A stretch of 64,000 nt of DNA from Vezdaea acicularis (Eukaryota). The DNA lies in contig JAPEUI010000035.1 in the NCBI GenBank assembly GCA_026025075.1, forward strand, positions 62,001-126,000. Reading direction: 5' to 3'. Under the pieces are notes generated by a model that was not told the DNA's origin, did not search any database, and was given only the letters and a program-made list of their open reading frames with translations. Position numbers and translations under genes: made by a program. This document shows, piece by piece, positions 54,253 through 64,000 of the stretch; the first letter of the stretch is position 1; every line of letters starts with the position of its first letter.

Positions 54253-56265
54253 AGCGCAAGCGAGCCATCTGCATCGCGACGATGATCTGGCTCGTGGTGT
54301 TTTTTTTCCCCTTGCGATTTCCGATGGCGTGACGAACGTTGATGACGATGAATAGAAGGCACGCCAGGATGGTCAATGAAGGCCGCGGAAGTCGAGCCGA
54401 AAAGCGGTTTCGACGCCGCCCTTGTTGTCAGCATCTACGGTTGGCCTGATTTCGCAAATGCCGCGCAATCGCAGCGAATGAAAGGTAGGTACATGAAGGG
54501 TTTCCTTGCTGCCTTACGATCCACTCTGTCATACCCTTGGCGTTGGTTGGGATGGGGTTAGGGAGAGGCAGGCGGACACGCTGACGGGCAAAAGCTCTGT
54601 TGGACATGGGTGACCTTTTTTAATGAGCAGGATATGCATGTTTTTTCTGGCTGACATGACCATCTGCTGCAATTTTTGTCGCAGTTCCATGGGCAGCTAA
54701 GTTCGCGCCCTTGTAGGATCAATACCTTCGCGATGAAAGTGCCTGTTTCTGGGATATATCGTGAGTATGAAGAGCAAGGGATATGTACCCGGCCTTTTCC
54801 ATACATGAAAAGCCGATAAGGATCTCCTGGAGGCGCACGTGGGAAGCCATTCCATATCACACCATACGACAAAACCATGTGGTAGGATCCAGAGACTGCC
54901 TCCCATCCTCTCTGCCATCCAATCATGCATTCGGTTTTCCCTTGCCTCTCTCTCTCGGACGCATGTAGGTCATTCCCACCCGATCCCGCAGGAGCGCCGA
55001 GGAGGGCTCCCGTGAAAAGTCTCCCTTATCGAAGGTTACCCCAGATTCCCGCGGCGGGCGTCACGCTCGTAACCTTAGTGGTGGGGTGTGGGGAGCTCGG
55101 GTAGCACGACATGACCATTGAGGGCGTCTGGCAGCGTGTTTGGTAGCACCGGCTGCACCGGTAAGCCTTAGCAGTGGGTTGGGGTTTGGGAGCGATAAGG
55201 ATATCTGATATCTCGCGGCTGGGTCGGTGGTGGAGGAGGACGAGTAGGTCCAAGCCCTGGGCGGGGGCCTTGCGCACGGACGGACGGTGGGATCTGTTGG
55301 AGCAGCCGTCCTGTCAGCATCAGCATCAGCATCGGCCTTCGATGACGGAGGATGTCTCGTCCACGCGCAGAGAACATTGTTCGGCCCACGGACACAGTCA
55401 GGACCGTCGCTCGCGACGCAGGAGGCGGAGTTGCGAAGAGTTATCTCGACTTGTACGATACGGCGCGCGCGGACTGTCTTCTCCGGGCGCAACCGATGCG
55501 TTCTCTCTCTCCGACTTCCCCACGGCCGTCAGATCTGGACCCTGATCCTCGCCCGTCCCCGCAAACCCACCGGCCCCCCCATCTTCTCGGCGAGTTCCTC
55601 CCGGAGCGTCGCGGGGGGTTCGCATCTGGCCGATAACAAAGTCAGCATCTGCGCGTCCGGCGGAACACGGGAGGGGGGGGCGACTGGACCATAAGTGATG
55701 ACGCCCGCGCCCTTCGCATGCGTCGGAGCGGTCGAAGTAATTTGGTATACTGTACGGGCGCGCAATAGATCGCGAGGGAGATCCGGAATAAGCAGCAGAC
55801 AGATCCTTGCGACCGATCGGGGTCGGTGCCCTGCAGTGGCCCAATGCGCGTCCTGCGTCCGCCCCCCCGAACTGCCCGCCCCCACGGGCCCGCCGTTCCG
55901 CCGGCCTCTCCCTCCCGCCGTCCCTTGACTGTATCCTTTAGTTGTTCTTTATTCGGCGCGAGGCAAGAGGAGGTGAGGGATGAATGGTGAGTGTTGAGTG
56001 GACCGGCCACCTGAATCGCCTTCTCTTTTTTCGTTTTTTCCTGCTCGATTTCGTCATCGTCCCGTGTGCGCTGGAGTGGACGGTGAGTCCACACGTGTCC
56101 CCAGCGAAAAAGATTTCCGCCCTTCGACCCCCCGACCGCCATTCCTTTTGCTTCGTCGAGAAGTCTTTTTGCGTGGGATTGGCCAGGTACATTCATCCAT
56201 CCATTCATAGATCGAATCTGGACTCGAAAAATGGCGCGGTGGGGCCCAGTCATGCCTCCGTGCAC

Positions 56266-56300
<35 letters not shown>

Positions 56301-56307
56301 CGTCGCC
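56266..56307. repeat. (GTCGCT)5(GTCGCC)2 hexanucleotide repeat
   Basis: Direct reading; it creates the spurious VAVAVA/RQRQ ORFs. Confidence 0.95.
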
Positions 56308-56902
56308 GTCCTGATCTCTCGCGTCGCGTCACTACTCTCGTCTCGGTGCAGCCCGACAATCAGCGTCCTTATCAGCGACTGCGACTCCGACTCCCCCTTG
56401 ATCGACGACGTCCAAAACCAACAGCCTCCCCACCCCCAGCCCGCCGCCTTCAGCCTTATCCCTCAACCTTCTTCTTCTAACTCATTCTTGTCCTTCACCA
56501 ACCTACACCGTCCGCGTCCTGTCAACAGCTTCAACCCTCCCGCCCTTACGTCCTCGAAACGTCGACGCGCTCCAATCATCCCTTACCGAATCGTCTATTA
56601 CGTACCTCGCCCGCGCGCTCCCCCTGCCGAGTGGTCCGCGAGCCTGGTTTCGACCCTAGCACCGCGCCCGCCGTTCGGGGAAGCTGGGAGAAACGTCCTT
56701 CGACGGCGTCCACGAGACACCTTTGGCCTCGCTACGACGCTGCAGGGGACTCCTCCTCAGCTGGAGCGGTCCGTTCGGGAGGAAGGGGATCTGATGAGAA
56801 CGGCGGATGCGCGCGCCCGATTGCAGATCGGCCGCTGCGTAGAAACGTAATAAAAGCGTAAAGGAGAGAGATCGGGGCTGCGGTACCTTTGTCACCGTGA
56901 CG

Positions 56903-58363
56903 ATGGCCGCTAGGGCACTTTTCTCTCCGGTGACGCCCTCGCGGCATTCACCAACGACCTCACCACAGCAAGAGAAGAACGATGCTCTCGCGACGGCAAG
57001 ACCGACGCTGCGAGACAAACGCTCGAAGACGGACTCGACCGTTCAGTTGAACATGTCGACCGCGACAGATGCCGCAGGGCCGATGCTGATTCCTCGGGCG
57101 CCTCGCTCCGGAGATCCCCAGAGCAATAGGGACTACTTTACCACACGACGCCGGCCTCGAAAGTTCTCCGCGGCACCCTCTCCAGAGTCTCACGACCCCT
57201 CGAGCATTCCACCTGCCGTTGCCGCTCTGCTCGCCGTCACCGCGATTCCACCGCCGAAGTTGCGCAAGTCGTCCAAGGCATCGCGAGGTGCGAGCGCGCG
57301 GCATGTGTCGCTGGTGTCGATATCAGGGGAGGTGGTCGAGAAGGAGTTCTCCATGTCCCCGTCACCCATGGACGTCCTGCTCAGCCCGCCCGAGGACGAG
57401 ATGCACGCGGAGGCGATGGAGAGACAACCGTCCATGGCATCAATCGCCTCGACCGAGTCCGTACCGTCCTTGGCGGACGACGACGAGAGCATGGCCTCTG
57501 CCTACACGCCTCCAGCCATCGCAACCCGCCGCGGAGCCTCCGAGCGTCGCGCACGACCACCGACCACCGACACCTCGGAGGACCATCCTCTGATACCGGA
57601 AGCGGTAGAGACGTCCTCCTCATCTACTCCTCTACCGGCGTCGGAAAGCACATCCCTCACCAGCTCGCCCGCCCCCTCGCTCTACCCGACTCATATCCCA
57701 CCACTCACCCGCCTCCGCAGCAACCTCACGCGCGCCCTCAGCAAGCTCTCCACCCTCTCCACCCTCATCAACCCCTCCATCCCCCCGGACGACCTCCTCT
57801 CCCGCGCGATCCTCACCCCCCACCGCCCCTACAGTGACGAGCCTCACCCGCGCCAACTGCACCTCTCCACGACCTCCCCCTCCCCCCGCACCCGCCGCTA
57901 CCTCAACCCGCCCTCGACCTCCTTCCCCACCTCCCCCTCCCACCTCGCCAGCGCCCTCTTCCCGCCCCTCTCCCTCTCCCCCGAAGAAGCCATAACCGCC
58001 AACATCCAACTGCAAACCTACATCCCCGCGCGCCGCCTCCCCTGGCCCGCCCCACCCCCCCGTCCCACCTCCTCCTCCTCTCCCGTCCCCGCCGCCGCTG
58101 CTACCGCCGCAAACCCAACCGGCATGCTCAGCCAGCGCCAAGAACGCTGCAACTCCGACTTTCTGCGGCGCTACTGCGTCCTCAAGCAGATGCGGGACAG
58201 GGGCGTGCTGCGCGCCGATCGCCCGCTGAAGGTCGTGCTCAGTTATCCGCCGAGGAGGGATGGGGAGAGAGAGAAGGAGAAGGTGGGGGTGGGGGGGGTG
58301 CCGCGGCGGTGGGTTCCGCTCGGGGTGGAGGATGAGGTGGAGGCGGAGGAGGAGGGGAGGTAG
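56903..58363 (+). CDS. Conserved fungal hypothetical S/P-rich protein (about 486 aa)
   Basis: Long intronless ORF with HDPSSIPPAVAALLAVTAIP, EDHPL, IQLQTY and ERCNSDFLR...MRDRG..RRWVP motifs. Confidence 0.75.
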   Translation: MAARALFSPVTPSRHSPTTSPQQEKNDALATARPTLRDKRSKTDSTVQLNMSTATDAAGPMLIPRAPRSGDPQSNRDYFTTRRRPRKFSAAPSPESHDPSSIPPAVAALLAVTAIPPPKLRKSSKASRGASARHVSLVSISGEVVEKEFSMSPSPMDVLLSPPEDEMHAEAMERQPSMASIASTESVPSLADDDESMASAYTPPAIATRRGASERRARPPTTDTSEDHPLIPEAVETSSSSTPLPASESTSLTSSPAPSLYPTHIPPLTRLRSNLTRALSKLSTLSTLINPSIPPDDLLSRAILTPHRPYSDEPHPRQLHLSTTSPSPRTRRYLNPPSTSFPTSPSHLASALFPPLSLSPEEAITANIQLQTYIPARRLPWPAPPPRPTSSSSPVPAAAATAANPTGMLSQRQERCNSDFLRRYCVLKQMRDRGVLRADRPLKVVLSYPPRRDGEREKEKVGVGGVPRRWVPLGVEDEVEAEEEGR

Positions 58364-59246
58364 GAAAAAGGGGGGGTTTGAAGATACCGAACCATCCCAA
58401 ACCCCAACCGCCGGTTTTTCCGAGCGCAAGCAAGATCTCTCTCCCTTTCCTTTCCTCGGCTTTCTCATTCTACGCTACCTTGGCCACACCATCCGCGCTC
58501 GTTTTTATCTTTTAAAGAAGGGGTGGAGATATATCAGCGGTTCGCGCTTTTGCGTTCTGCGCTTTTGCGCTTTTGCGTTCTGCATCCTTTCACATCGTCC
58601 TCGTTGTCGTCCTCGCTATCGTCGTTGTCGTTTGTCATTGTCGTTGTTGTTGTCGTTGTCGTTGCCGTCATATAACTCGGGAGTATATACGTTGGTGGTT
58701 TGGATTCTGCTGTTATGCTTTCTTATTTCTCGTCTTTTCGTATTTCGGGGGGAGTGGCGAGTTTCTTTTTTCCGGCGCGGTAGAGGTTGTGGGAGGAGCT
58801 CGGGTGCTCGCTTTTGGATTTGATGGAGGGGGATTGTGATGGAGGAGGGAAAGGGCGCGAGTGCGGGGGGATGCAAGGAGGAGGGTGTTTCATGGACCGC
58901 GTGTTTCTTCTCTCATGGGCACGTTCCTTGGTTGAGACTCTAGTGGCGCGGCGCGGTTGATACCTAAGGGGCATTTTGTTGGAGGTATACATTCGATGGG
59001 GGAGATGTGTAGGATCCGATTGGGATCTACTTTATCGGATTGGATTGAATCAGGTGGAATTGGATAGCGCCCCCGCTCGTGAAAGCACTTTTGTAGGTTA
59101 CAAGTACATAGCCCTTACCCAAAAAAACCATGGCAAGCCCAGCTTTCACCTCAAACCTCCAAACTCCCCTCCTCCTGACCTGTGCCATGATGAACGCCCT
59201 TGAAAAAGAAAACCGTGATCATGTAGTGAACTAATGAAACGAGACA

Positions 59247-62200
59247 TTATGCGGCGAACCCTGTTCGAGAGGTCAGATTGCATTGAAAGAAAGGGGTTTA
59301 GGTGGGCGGGTCCGCTCACGCTCCTCGTCAAGTCTCGTCCTCTCCTTGAAACTCTGCTCGACCCACGCGCGCGTCACCCATCGAGGCAGCTTAGGGCGGC
59401 TGATAGAAACAGTCAGTAGCTGTCAATCTCGCAACACCCAAAAACAAAAAAAGGACAGGACGACGCACCCAGCGAGCCTCTGCCTCTGGCTTAAAACACG
59501 TTGCCTGGATGCTGATGTTCCGTCAAACTCTCCAACCACTACATGCGTCACCTCTAGATTCTCCAGGATTTCATCCGCAAGGCGGGCCCCACCGAACTCA
59601 AGCATGTTCCGGATGATATCTACATCTGGAGACGTCCGATTCGGATGCGGCGCTTCGCCCTGCGGTTCGACGACGAGGGCTTCGGATGAACAGTCCTCGA
59701 CGTAGACCACGAGTCCGGAAAATATTGATCCTGGGAGGTTGCCGAGGTTCATGGAGGGGTTGTGGTCTTCTAGCTGCGACTTGAACTCCGCGGCGGAGAA
59801 GGAAGGGCTGGGTTTGAAGTCCATAGAGCTGAAGATCTATTATGGGGAGGGGGTGTTTTAGTATGGAACAAACGGCGTCTATAATCTGGAGAAAACACAC
59901 CTTTTGAAGCTCCTCTATAGTAACGTCTCGAGAGTAGCTGTCATTGTACTCATCCACCTCCTTGTATGCCTGCTCAAGGGTTTTGGGGGTAGCGAAGGAG
60001 AGGTGATCTGGCTCTAGCGGCAGGAGAAATGTTGGCCGTCCTATGTCCTTCTCGGCCTGTGCAATGCAGGAGAAAAGCCACGTCGAACGGATGATATCCG
60101 TCTCTCCTGCTTTTTGCAGAGAGGCCGCTTTGACGACCCTCCTATCGGCGATACAAAGAATGTCCGATACTGCGTCGTGAGACTGGTAGATTCTCCCTCC
60201 ATGCGCCTTCACTATCTTCTCGACCTCGGCCTTGGTCCTTTTAGGTGGACCAAGAGCTTCGGTTATGATGAAAAAGTTCAAGCCCTCGAAAACGTTAGTA
60301 TGGGGGCCTGCGAAAACGGCATCTTCAGCTTCTTCATTGCCAAGAACAGTCAAGGCCTTCTTCGTACTCTTCTTCACTCTCTTACGTCGATGCTCAAATT
60401 CGAATTCCTTCTCCTTTCTCTCTTTTTCGGCATCTGCTTTCAAGGCCATGAAATCAGATAATGACAGGGCAGAATCCCAAGACCGGTCCATCCGCAAACG
60501 TGAGAATCGCGGAAAGCGAAGGGAGAGGCCGACCCGAAATTGGTCACTCTGTGTGACCTGAGCCGCTTTGACGGACAAAACGACAGACTCATCGGGTCGG
60601 ATCCAGACATCAGGGCGCTCGCACTGCAGATTCCCACCTGCAAGCTCTATGTAATCTGTCGGTGGACATTTGGGATCCCACTCTTTCCATTTGCTGTCGG
60701 TTTGGTGTCGAATAGCGGCATAATCTGCAGCAGTGAAACCTCCTCCGACCCTAAAGAATGAGTAGCATTTCATTGGATTTGCCCTGCTTTGCGACTCGTT
60801 GCCGGCAACTCTGAGGCCGCAAAGGAAGCTGGATATTGTGCCTCCACGACGTCCAGAGCCATAGTACCCGCCTATGACAATGCAGTCCAGAGATTCGCCG
60901 AATTCGGTCATATATTCTGGCTTGACCTTCATCCAATCGTCGACGCGCTCGTTCAGGCGGTACATCGCGCGTGGGTTTTTTAAGATGAGGCCTTCCGATG
61001 CCTCAGCAACGACTTGACGCAGGAGAGGTTCAATCGCTTCTGCGGTGAACGCCTCTTCATAGCCATGGATTTCCAGCCGTCGATGAATGGATTTGACACT
61101 GGCCTCGAGCGCTTTCCGTCGATCACGCAAGGTGTAGTTGGTTAGACACGTTCCGTTTAAGTATAGACAATCAAAAACTCGAAAAAGGGGCCTGATCCCA
61201 CCAGAAAAGGGGTTTCGCTGTTCTGACAATGCTGCTGTCTTCAGAGTCCCAAAGGGGACCATAGCATCCTGCTCCGGGTCCCAGGTAATCATCTCACCGT
61301 CCAAAATAATGTTTCGAACACCGTCGTGAAATGCACCCCGGATGTGCTGTGTGAGAGCGCCCTCATTATCCAAGAATCCACTACCATAAAGATAAGTGTA
61401 CTCCTTAGCTTTTCGTGACCAGAAGCCGAAGCGCATGCCACCGGGAGTGTCCACATCTTCCATCATGTGCATTTGCATCCTCTCCCCATCTAACTTTTCC
61501 TCAATCCAGAATGCTTGGTCTTCCTGAGTGGGACGCATTCTCTCAACCATCTTTTGGAAGGAATGTATCTGAAACTGAGCAAGTTGAGGCTGAAAGCATT
61601 GCATCAGAGTCACTCCCCGGTCCTCCCCTTCCAGTCGAACCCTCTGGTCATATAACTCCCAACAAACACGTCGAAGGCTAGAGGACACATTGAAAAGACT
61701 CTCTGCGTCAGGATGCCAGATGTCAAACAAAGTCTTTTCTGTAGCTCCCACTTTCATTTGACGGAGAATGATTCGGATCAACCACATGAGCTCTTCAGCG
61801 TTCATGCGATCGTAGAGCTCTTCTAGGATGGGGAGCTGCTCAGCCTCCTTTGTGGCAGCAGATAGATTATCAAGTATATCATTAACTTCTGAAATCAACA
61901 TGTTGCCCACTTCTATTCGCATCGGTCGCTTTGAAATGACTTCGAAGCATCTACCTGCAAAGTCTCCAGCTAGACGGCTGGCGGTCGTCTGCCCCGGTAG
62001 CTTCCAATTCAGAAGGGCAAAGCCGTCTTCGGAGTTCTTGTCGATCTTCATAACCTTAACGAGAAGCTTTCCAATGGCCTTCTCCTTAAGACCATACATA
62101 GGTCTATCTCGGTCCTTTTCTGGAACGATAAGCCGAAAGGCAGGGTAGATATCATTGCCGACATCTCGCCGCCAGCGTGAGACAAAGCGCTCAATGATAG

Positions 62201-62511
62201 CTCTGCGCGCTTCGTGTGGGGACATACCAGCAGGTCCATGGGGCCCGACCTTCCTTCGCCACGGGATGGGTCCGGTGGGCTTCTTCTTGTTTTCATTCAA
62301 CGGATTGAATAGAGTAAGGAAGAGATCATGGAAAGGGAAAGTCTCTCCATGGTTACGGGGCCTATCTGGATATCTGCAGATCAAATAAGAAAATCTGAAT
62401 TTACAAAGAAACGAAAGGGAACAACTACTTCTGATCTAGTTCTTCCACTATCCGAATAGGTGGCCCCTGCGGTTCAATGTCCTCCATGTCAAAGTCATCA
62501 CTGAGAGGCAT
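59247..62511 (-). CDS. LIG4: DNA ligase IV (NHEJ) with two BRCT domains (5 exons)
   Basis: ATG 62511; EEKLDGERMQMH (adenylation Lys), ILDGEM, EGLILK, WMKVKPEY, LRFPRF; BRCT exons end ..WVEQSFKERTRLDEE|RFAA*. Confidence 0.97.
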
Positions 62512-62996
62512 CTCAAGGGGAGTTCTTTGAACAACATCTAGTGAAGAGAAGATCACATGAAACAAATGTAGAGAAAAGAAATATAGTGAAGGAAGAGGGT
62601 TACCTAAACTATGCCATGTTCCTAGAAAGGCGTGTTCTGCGAAGCGAGGTTGATCCTGCAACTGTTGCCTTGACATTGTGTTCTGTATTCGGACGCGACA
62701 GTTACACGGACGCACGTGGAGTTTGGTTCCGAATGCAAGATGACGGAAGGTTACGTCCAACTGCGAAGGCAGCCGACACCGAATTGCGAGTAATCACCGA
62801 CCCAATGGTCCTCTCTCTTCTGCACCTTCAGCGTAATATTGCGCCCGGTACTGACTGAAGCTTTTGATTCGCTATGCAAGGCATAACATCTAATTTTTGC
62901 TCATGCTCGATTATCTGCGTTCACTCCGCTACACGAGACCCTGACCAGCTGTACTCCAGCATCGTCCTGAAGCAGTCCTACGCGTGAGCGGACTCA

Positions 62997-64000
62997 ATGA
63001 GCGCTACTCCCCGGTCTCGGACCAATCCCGTTGCAGAACATCCCAGTTCGTTATCGGAATCAAACGGGAATGCTCATGTACGAAGACTCTCGGCAGCTTA
63101 TACTGGTGCCTCTCTAGCTTTTTCGAAGTCTCCTGAGGAAACCAAACGCACAGCCAATACATACTCAGGCATCAACGGGGCCTTGGCTGCTGCAAGCAAG
63201 GCTGGGGCAAATGTACAACCTCAATTGAAACCGCAACCGTCACAGACACTTAGACCTACAGGCCATCCGCGAAAGCGTCAAGGTACAAGTGCTGAGGTAG
63301 GTGGAAATGGCGCTCTGACTGCGGCACACCCATCGGTTGATTGGAATAGGTCCATAGGGCCATTGCAAGGAGCGGGTGTTGATACAGGCTCTACCAAGTC
63401 CGCATCTCCATCGAATGTCGCAGCAGTCTTGGCAGCTGCAAAGTTTACACCCCAAAATACCGGACCGCAATCAAGCAGGACCACCCCCAGCCCCCATCGG
63501 TCACGCTTACCCTCGATGGACAGTGGGGAGGATTGTGAAGTGATGTATCAGCCTGGCATCGTAGCAAAAGCTCGGCGTCAGTTCGATACATCAGACGACA
63601 CGTCTCGACAAGGACCCAAGGTGGTTCGAGGTTCGGCAGCCGTTGCAGAGGACATTCCGCTACCCACAGATTCAAAATCGATTCCGCCCACAAATGAGCT
63701 GATAAAGCTCTTTGAGCCTAGTGAGCGCGGCTCAAGTGCCCGAAGAAACAATAGGAGTCCAAGATTGACAGCAAAGGGACAGACACCAGAGCTACGTTCT
63801 CCGAAGCCCATAAGGCCGCCAACTCTTGGTAACGCACCCCTCACCGCAGCTTTAGCCGCGACTCAAAGATCAGCCGTTTTGGAAAAGGGTGAAAACAGGC
63901 TCAGGGGACGTTCGGTGACCACGTCGCCGCGGTCTAGCCAAGCCCTTTCTCCATTACACGTTGATTTAAGAAATGACCCAACCCAAACCTTCTCTAACGA
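62997..64000 (+). CDS. IRS4: Irs4/Tax4-like EH-domain protein, N-terminal part only (runs off the window end)
   Basis: ORF from ATG 62997 with AYTGASLAF, NGALAAASKAG, NVAAVLAAAKFTP, TDSKSIPPTNELIKLFE and RSPKPIR, which I recall from Pezizomycotina Irs4. The EH domain is not in the window. Confidence 0.65.
   Translation, partial: MSATPRSRTNPVAEHPSSLSESNGNAHVRRLSAAYTGASLAFSKSPEETKRTANTYSGINGALAAASKAGANVQPQLKPQPSQTLRPTGHPRKRQGTSAEVGGNGALTAAHPSVDWNRSIGPLQGAGVDTGSTKSASPSNVAAVLAAAKFTPQNTGPQSSRTTPSPHRSRLPSMDSGEDCEVMYQPGIVAKARRQFDTSDDTSRQGPKVVRGSAAVAEDIPLPTDSKSIPPTNELIKLFEPSERGSSARRNNRSPRLTAKGQTPELRSPKPIRPPTLGNAPLTAALAATQRSAVLEKGENRLRGRSVTTSPRSSQALSPLHVDLRNDPTQTFSN

Noticed and set aside
54555..54563. 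CCCTAACCC (1.5 telomeric repeats) on the minus strand as a telomerase template
   Set aside because: Only about 300 bp remain before it would run antisense into ASE1; a 9-mer is expected by chance.
55984..56850. 288-aa ORF upstream of the 486-aa gene
   Set aside because: It is built from a hexamer repeat and pyrimidine-rich 5'-UTR-like sequence and has no protein-like motifs.

Overview
Gene-dense, intron-rich chromosomal segment of a filamentous ascomycete (Pezizomycotina-type GT..CTRAY..YAG introns of about 45-200 nt). It carries about 27 protein-coding genes, mostly conserved housekeeping genes arranged in divergent pairs: a Ucp12/DHX57-like helicase (truncated by the window), Clb3-type cyclin, C-terminal Zn2Cys6 transcription factor, EBP2, an RFTS+C2H2 (Raf2/DIM-7-like) protein, PUS4, SLC35F/Thi74-like transporter, Rib2/Pus9-like synthase, Gfo/Idh/MocA oxidoreductase, short Sec2-domain protein, heme oxygenase-like protein, eIF4B, Tim17-like membrane protein, ATG16, YPT7, thioesterase, PsuG-PsuK fusion, RPL32, Xdj1/Ydj1-like DnaJ, mitochondrial GluRS, CSN5, ASE1, LIG4 and IRS4 (truncated). 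I saw no tRNA, rRNA, CRISPR array or recognisable transposon. The most notable points are: a spliced heterochromatin-adaptor-like gene not visible as one ORF; three pseudouridine-metabolism genes within about 22 kb; extreme alternating C-rich/G-rich strand-skew blocks that override codon usage; a 58-bp tandem gap before the PsuG-PsuK gene; an ATGA-overlapped uORF chain before the mitochondrial GluRS; and a candidate C/D snoRNA complementary to U5 loop 1. All gene calls come from manual reading and recalled family motifs, not from database searches.
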